This document shows, piece after piece, positions 58,849 to 64,000 of a stretch of 64,000 bases of DNA; position 1 is the stretch's first letter; every line of letters starts with the position of its first letter. The DNA is from a candidate division FCPU426 bacterium (GTDB taxonomy: Bacteria; Oederibacteriota; Muellerivitia; Muellerivitales; Muellerivitaceae), in contig CAVRAL010000001.1 of the NCBI GenBank assembly GCA_963719085.1, positions 704,001-768,000 of the forward strand. The letters are read 5' to 3'. Both the position numbers and the translations under genes were made by a program. Below the pieces are notes generated by a model. That model did no database searches and was not told the origin of the DNA. It was given only the letters and a program-made list of their open reading frames with translations.

Positions 58849-59415
58849 ATGCCAATCAAAAACTACTACGAGATCTTTAAGCTCTACCCCCCTGTTGAGC
58901 CATCCCAACTGCAAGACGCCTATAAACAACTGATTTTTGAGTATCATCCGGACCGCAACGCCGATCGTCAGGATTGGGCCATTGAAAAGACCATGGAAAT
59001 TGTGGAGGCCTACAACATCCTCAGCGATCCCCAAAAGCGGGAAAACTACAATTTTCAAATTAAAAACGACATCCGTAAAGAGCCGGGTGAAATGTTCGGA
59101 GTTAAGCGCGGCCTTTTGAAAATGAAGAAATCCAAAGAGGAATTGGAAGCCGAAGAGCATTTTTTCAAGGGTGTCGAGTTTTTTGACAATAAAGACGATT
59201 GGGCCCAAGCCCAGCATGAGTGGGTTCAGGCGGTCAAAATCATCCCCGGATTCGTGAACGCTCATTTTAACCTGGGCATCCTGGTGGGTTCCCAAGGGAA
59301 CTTTAAGGACGCGGTGGCTTGTTTTGAGCGCGTGGTCAAACAAAACCCGGCGGATTATGACGCGAAAAAAGTTTTGAGTTCGGCGATGAGTTATGTTTAC
59401 GGCAAGAAAATTTAA
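58849..59415 (+). CDS. J-domain protein with C-terminal TPR
   Basis: NYYEI...YHPDRN...EAYNILSDP.KR..Y; AHFNLG TPR. Confidence 0.88.
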   Translation: MPIKNYYEIFKLYPPVEPSQLQDAYKQLIFEYHPDRNADRQDWAIEKTMEIVEAYNILSDPQKRENYNFQIKNDIRKEPGEMFGVKRGLLKMKKSKEELEAEEHFFKGVEFFDNKDDWAQAQHEWVQAVKIIPGFVNAHFNLGILVGSQGNFKDAVACFERVVKQNPADYDAKKVLSSAMSYVYGKKI

Positions 59416-59428
59416 GGGACTCTGAAAT

Positions 59429-61213
59429 ATGCCGGATAATCAAATCGCGGTTGGAATCGATCTGGGAACGACCAATTCCTGTGTGGCCTACCTGAATGAC
59501 GATATTCCCCAAGTTATTCCGAACGCCGATGGATACCGGACGACCCCCTCGGTAGTCGCTTTCACCTCCCAAAAGATATGGTTGGTGGGGCAGGACGCCA
59601 AACATCAAGCCGTCATCAATACCAAAGGAACCGTTTCCTCGATTAAGCGGTTTATCGGCCGGAAGATTACGGATGAGGATGTTCAACGGGATAAGTCGCT
59701 GGTTTCCTACGACCTGGAAGCCTCTGAAAATGGCGACATTCGGGTCCGGTTGGATGATCAGTTAAAATCCCCGGAGGAAATTTCAGCCATCATCCTTCAA
59801 AAAATCCGGCAGGATATTGAGGCGCGTTTGGGCGAGAAGGTCACCCAGGCGGTCATTACGGTTCCGGCTTATTTTAACGACTCGGAACGGCAAGCCACCA
59901 AAGACGCCGGCAGGATCGCCGGTTTTGATGTTTTGAGAATCGTGAATGAGCCGACGGCCGCGGCCCTGGCTTATGATTTTGACAGCAAAAAAAACCAGAA
60001 AATCGCGGTTTATGATTTGGGCGGCGGTACGTTGGATGTGACCGTCCTGGAGCTGCTCAACGGCCTTTATCGCGTTTTATCCACTTGCGGGGATACCCAT
60101 TTGGGCGGGGATGACTTTGACCAGACCCTGATGGAGTGGATCTTAGCCAAGTTCCAGGCTGAAACGGGGCTGGATTTACGCCAAGATCCGGTGGCGATCC
60201 AGCGCCTTCGGGAAGCGGCTGAAAAAGCCAAGTGCGACCTCTCCTCGGTCACGGCCACGGATATTAATCTTCCCTTTATCATGAAAAAAGACGACATCCC
60301 CCTGAATTTATCCTACACGGTCAGCCGCGAGGATTTTGAAAAGATGGTGGCTCAATTAGTGGAGAGGTCCTTGGACCCCTGTAAAAAAGCCCTTCGCGAC
60401 GCGAATTTGAACGTGAATGACTTAACCGAGATTATTTTGGTGGGCGGAATGTCCCGGATGCCGATGGTTCGCGAGGCGGTCAAAAAATTCTTCGCCAAAG
60501 AACCCAATACCAAAGTCAATCCGGATGAAGCGGTGGCGATGGGCGCGGCGATCCAAGCCGGGATCATCAACGGCAAGGTCAAAAACGCGCTTTTGTTGGA
60601 CGTGACCCCTCTTTCACTGGGGGTGGAGACCTTGGGCGGAAGCTTCAGCCCGATCATTCCCCGCAACACGACGGTTCCCACCAAGATGAGCAAGCTTTAT
60701 TCCACCGTGAAAGACATGCAATCTTCCGTGAATGTGAAGGTGCTGCAAGGCGAATCGAAAATTGCGGCCCAAAACAAAACGCTGGGATTCTTTTCGTTCG
60801 TGGGACTGCCCTTGGCGCCCGCCGGGACAGTTCAAATTGAGGTTACCTTCGCCATCGATTCCAATGGAATTGTGAGTGTGACGGCCAAAAACGTGGCGAC
60901 CGGTCAAACGCAGCAAATGAAGGTTTCCGCGACCAGCGGGTTGAACAAAGAAGAGCTGGATAAATTGGTCCAAGGCGCCAAGGGCCGGGTGATTTCAAGC
61001 GCCCCGCAAGAAGAAAAGCCTAAGCCGGTTCAGGAGGCGGCCTCCAAGGCGGCGGCCGGAGCGGGTAGCTTCTCATTTTTTCCCTCCTTTTCCTCGTCTT
61101 CGTCGGCCGAGAAAAAAGCCGTCGAGGAAAAGAAATCCGCTGATGGGGAATTTTTAACCGGCGACATGATCGACGATATGCTGAAAGGCGATGATGAAAA
61201 CACAGAGGCCTAA
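59429..61213 (+). CDS. Hsp70/DnaK-family chaperone lacking most of the alpha-helical lid
   Basis: GIDLGTTNS, TVPAYFND, NEPTAAALAY, DLGGGTLD, LLLDVTPLSLG; low-complexity tail after SBD-beta. Confidence 0.9.
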   Translation: MPDNQIAVGIDLGTTNSCVAYLNDDIPQVIPNADGYRTTPSVVAFTSQKIWLVGQDAKHQAVINTKGTVSSIKRFIGRKITDEDVQRDKSLVSYDLEASENGDIRVRLDDQLKSPEEISAIILQKIRQDIEARLGEKVTQAVITVPAYFNDSERQATKDAGRIAGFDVLRIVNEPTAAALAYDFDSKKNQKIAVYDLGGGTLDVTVLELLNGLYRVLSTCGDTHLGGDDFDQTLMEWILAKFQAETGLDLRQDPVAIQRLREAAEKAKCDLSSVTATDINLPFIMKKDDIPLNLSYTVSREDFEKMVAQLVERSLDPCKKALRDANLNVNDLTEIILVGGMSRMPMVREAVKKFFAKEPNTKVNPDEAVAMGAAIQAGIINGKVKNALLLDVTPLSLGVETLGGSFSPIIPRNTTVPTKMSKLYSTVKDMQSSVNVKVLQGESKIAAQNKTLGFFSFVGLPLAPAGTVQIEVTFAIDSNGIVSVTAKNVATGQTQQMKVSATSGLNKEELDKLVQGAKGRVISSAPQEEKPKPVQEAASKAAAGAGSFSFFPSFSSSSSAEKKAVEEKKSADGEFLTGDMIDDMLKGDDENTEA

Positions 61214-61222
61214 ACCCACCTT

Positions 61223-61846
61223 ATGAATTCCGTTGCCCTTTTCGGCGGCACCTTTAACCCCATTCATTACGGCCACTTGGCCATCGCGGAAGAGGTTCGA
61301 ACCAAGTTTAATTTGGACAAGGTTATTTTTCTTCCCGCTTTTTTACCGCCGCACAAAAAAAGCGAGGATCTGGCGGAGGCCAAAAACCGCTACTTGATGA
61401 CCCAATTGGCGACCGTCAGCAACCCTTGTTTTGAGGTTTCCTCTTTTGAGATCGATAAGGGCGGAAAGTCCTACTCGATTGACGCGGTGAACCACTTTCG
61501 ACAATTTTATGGGGAAAAGGTGCAACTTTACTTTATTGTGGGCGCCGATACGCTGCTGGAACTCTCCACATGGAAGAATGTCAATGAGTTGGTTAAAAAA
61601 TGCCGGTTCATTGTGGTGCCGAGGCCGGGCTATGATTTGGCGAAAATATTGAATTATCATTTTTTAGGCTCGGAAACCTATTCGCTGGCTTCCGAATTGT
61701 TGGAAAATGTTTTGATCGGGGAAACGGCCATGTTGGATATTAGCGCCACCGCCATCCGCAAACGAGTGGCCGAATGGAAGAGCATCAAATATCTCGTTCC
61801 CGAACCCGTGGAACAGTTTATTCACCATCAACAACTTTATGTTTGA
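61223..61846 (+). CDS. nadD: Nicotinate-nucleotide adenylyltransferase
   Basis: FGGTFNPIHYGH, FIVGAD, ISAT.IR. Confidence 0.96.
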   Translation: MNSVALFGGTFNPIHYGHLAIAEEVRTKFNLDKVIFLPAFLPPHKKSEDLAEAKNRYLMTQLATVSNPCFEVSSFEIDKGGKSYSIDAVNHFRQFYGEKVQLYFIVGADTLLELSTWKNVNELVKKCRFIVVPRPGYDLAKILNYHFLGSETYSLASELLENVLIGETAMLDISATAIRKRVAEWKSIKYLVPEPVEQFIHHQQLYV

Positions 61847-61858
61847 AACGAGGCGGGC

Positions 61859-62126
61859 ATGAAACTATTGAATTACATGGAAGAAGCGGCACAGCGGACG
61901 CTGGAGGAACTTTTGCTGGAACCAGCGAACCAGCAGTCTGAATTTAAACGAGGTTCAAAAACTTGATATTTTGGCTTACGCGTTGAATCGTCTGCCGCCG
62001 CGTTATGTGGTCACCGACAAGGGCCATCTTTTTACCCGGGTGGATGAGCTGAAGCAGCAATTTAAGACCGACTTGATTGTTGAGTTGACCAAGGCGATTC
62101 ATTTCATTAACTCGAATCCTAGATGA
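61859..62126 (+). pseudogene. ComFB-family gene interrupted by a frameshift (or sequence error)
   Basis: MKLLNYMEE... stops at 61964-61966; +1 frame continues ...LDILAYALNRLPPRYVV...AIHFINSNPR* overlapping rsfS start. Confidence 0.8.
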
Positions 62127-62464
62127 GCAAGGAACCCTTGATCCCGCCCCAGTTGACAACCATCGTCTCGGTCTTGAATGATAAAAAGGGAATTGACGTC
62201 CGGGTTTTGGATGTTCGGAATCTCGTTTCTTATACCGATTACCTCATCTTGTGCAGCGGATCCTCCACCACGCATGTTCGCGCTTTGGTTTCGGCCGTGG
62301 ATAAAGCCTCCGAAAAAACTGAGACAAGGGTCAACTCGTCGTTGGACGATAGCTGGTGGATTCTGGATCAGGTGGACTGGGTGGTCCACGTTTTTCGAGA
62401 GGATATTCGGGTCTTTTACGATTTGGAAGGTTTGTGGGCGGATGCCCGATCTTTAAAGGTCTAA
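62123..62464 (+). CDS. rsfS: Ribosome silencing factor RsfS
   Basis: DKKG.D...LDV, TDY.I.CSG.S..HV, W.ILD....VVHVF...R.FYDLE.LW. Confidence 0.93.
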   Translation: MSKEPLIPPQLTTIVSVLNDKKGIDVRVLDVRNLVSYTDYLILCSGSSTTHVRALVSAVDKASEKTETRVNSSLDDSWWILDQVDWVVHVFREDIRVFYDLEGLWADARSLKV

Positions 62465-62524
62465 AAAGCCTTATATTTAAATGAATTTAGGCTTTGATGG
62501 GATTAGGGTAAACTTTTACCTTTA

Positions 62525-62557
62525 ACCTTTTAGATAATTTGATATTATCTAAAAGGT
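62525..62557. promoter_or_regulatory. Perfect 14-bp inverted repeat (operator- or recombination-site-like)
   Basis: ACCTTTTAGATAAT-ttgat-ATTATCTAAAAGGT in an AT-rich intergenic region. Confidence 0.55.
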
Positions 62558-62749
62558 AGGCGTTTAACATTAAACTATGTGACTTTAGTTGAGAGAGGGT
62601 TTTCAACCAGTTTAATTGGGTAAATGTCGCGAATAAGTGCAAGTTTTTTGTCGTTTTTTGTTTTTTGATTTTGAGGTATCTCAAATGACGGGATTTAAGA
62701 ATAATCGTTAAAATCCTGCAGCTGATGGCCGAGGTTGAAAAAAGGGGAT

Positions 62750-64000
62750 ATGGGTCGCATGAGAAAATTCAACAAAAACATAATTCTCTTTTTTTTAAGC
62801 CTGGCTTTTCTTTTGATCATCTCGTTTCCAAGAACGGCTTTCGCTATTTTTGAGCGCGAGGGCAATGTGGGGGTGGGCGCCCGCGCCATGGGCATGGGCG
62901 GGGCGTTCGTGGCCGTGGCGGATGATCCCAGCGCGGCCTATTGGAATCCGGCCGGCTTAACCCAACTACCGGTTCCGACTCTACTCTTCATGTACGGGTC
63001 CCTTTTCAATGACAAGACCCAGAACTTATACACCGCTTTTCAATATCCGCTGCCGAACGATATTCATTTGGCCTTGAGCCTGAATAACTCTTTTTTCTCG
63101 GCGACGGGCGGAGCCCAGCAAGGCCAGTACCAAGGTTCAGTGGCTTTTCCGCTTCAGTTTGTCCCCGAGAAAAGATTATCAGTCGGATTTAATTTTCGGT
63201 ATTTGAACGCCGGCTTGGGGTCGACTTTAGGGAGCGCCCAAGGGGTTGGCGTGGATCTTGGTTTTTTGTACCGGCAAAAGTTAGAAAATCAAATGGAGCT
63301 TAGCGCGGGACTGGTTTTTGACGACATCGCGACCACCGCCCGTTTTGACAGCGGGGTCGAGGAAAACCTGCCGACCATCATTACTCCCGGATTGGCTTTT
63401 CGATTTGATAAGGACACTTTGGTTTCCTTGGATTTGCCTTGGACGGTTTCGGATTACACGGATGGAACCTCGGATCTTGAATTTCGAAGCGGATTGGAAC
63501 ATTGGTTCTTTGACGGCAAGCTCGGGCTTCGGGTGGGCTATTTGAGCCTGCAAACCCTGCCGGGGGAGTTTACGGTGGGCGCCAGCTATCGGAATTATCA
63601 ATGGTTCGTGGATTACGCTTATATCAATCATTCCAACGATCTGGGAAACAGCCATCGAATTGAGGGAGGATGGTATTTCGACACGCAAAGTCCTGATTTC
63701 AAACCCGAAGCCAGGCCCTATGTGATTGAAACCTTTGTCTCGGATCAGAAGATTTATTTTAAGTGGGACGTTCCCCAAGGAAGCCAGGCGGACGGTTACT
63801 ATGTGTATATTAAGACTGACGCCGACAGCGCTTTTCAAAAAGCCAAACAAGAAGCGCTCGACACCAAATACTGCCTCTTGCGGGGCGCCGTGAACGGGAC
63901 CCGGTACCAGATCTACATTGTTTCGATCGTCGATGGAAAAGAAAAACTTTCCAGCAACGTTTTCATCGCCACTCCCAAACCGATGTCGGATGACGCGATG
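62750..64000 (+). CDS. PorV/PorQ-family barrel followed by FN3-like domain (runs off window)
   Basis: Read manually: signal peptide, GVGARAMGMGGAFVAVADDPSAAYWNPAGL, later FKWDVP...ADGYYVY...NGTRYQIYI; no stop in window so absent from ORF track. Confidence 0.8.
   Translation, partial: MGRMRKFNKNIILFFLSLAFLLIISFPRTAFAIFEREGNVGVGARAMGMGGAFVAVADDPSAAYWNPAGLTQLPVPTLLFMYGSLFNDKTQNLYTAFQYPLPNDIHLALSLNNSFFSATGGAQQGQYQGSVAFPLQFVPEKRLSVGFNFRYLNAGLGSTLGSAQGVGVDLGFLYRQKLENQMELSAGLVFDDIATTARFDSGVEENLPTIITPGLAFRFDKDTLVSLDLPWTVSDYTDGTSDLEFRSGLEHWFFDGKLGLRVGYLSLQTLPGEFTVGASYRNYQWFVDYAYINHSNDLGNSHRIEGGWYFDTQSPDFKPEARPYVIETFVSDQKIYFKWDVPQGSQADGYYVYIKTDADSAFQKAKQEALDTKYCLLRGAVNGTRYQIYIVSIVDGKEKLSSNVFIATPKPMSDDAM

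Noticed and set aside
59429..61213. Naming the gene dnaK
   Set aside because: Missing lid and missing grpE/dnaJ context suggest a specialised paralog
63281..63850. 189-aa minus ORF
   Set aside because: Shadow of the + strand PorV-like gene starting at 62750

Overview
Gene-dense chromosomal segment, mostly on the + strand, from a diderm bacterium (BamA, PorV/PorQ-like barrels, OmpA domain) whose housekeeping gene order is Firmicutes-like; possibly an uncultured deep-branching lineage (inference only). Backbone: bamA-surE-core methionine synthase; a pur cluster (purB-S-Q-L-F...M...N-H-D); tsaC-arginine phosphatase-rpiB; rpmB/recG-rsmD-coaD; yceD-rpmF-plsX-fabHDG-acpP-fabF-rnc-DUF4321-maf; a PpiD/SurA-like gene; rplU-rpmA-obgE-proBA; nadD-rsfS; tRNA-Gly(CCC). 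Non-routine content: (1) a ~12 kb insertion between purF and purM with two paralogous polytopic GT-C-like membrane proteins, divergent from split transketolase + epimerase-GT2 fusion + Zn/SAM methyltransferase, a candidate lipid-linked pathway for an unusual surface sugar; (2) two families of ~75-110 bp intergenic palindromes with internally periodic arms, several at points where the pur order is broken; (3) three PorV/PorQ-like barrels (one fused to FlgD-Ig+OmpA, one to FN3) with TPR and TPR-PD40 partners and no T9SS core genes in view; (4) a J-domain-TPR protein paired with a lid-less Hsp70; (5) a frameshifted ComFB-family gene missed by the ORF track; (6) a MesB-like folate-independent methionine synthase. 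No CRISPR array, transposase, integrase or rRNA seen. All calls come from motif recognition by eye; no database searches were run.
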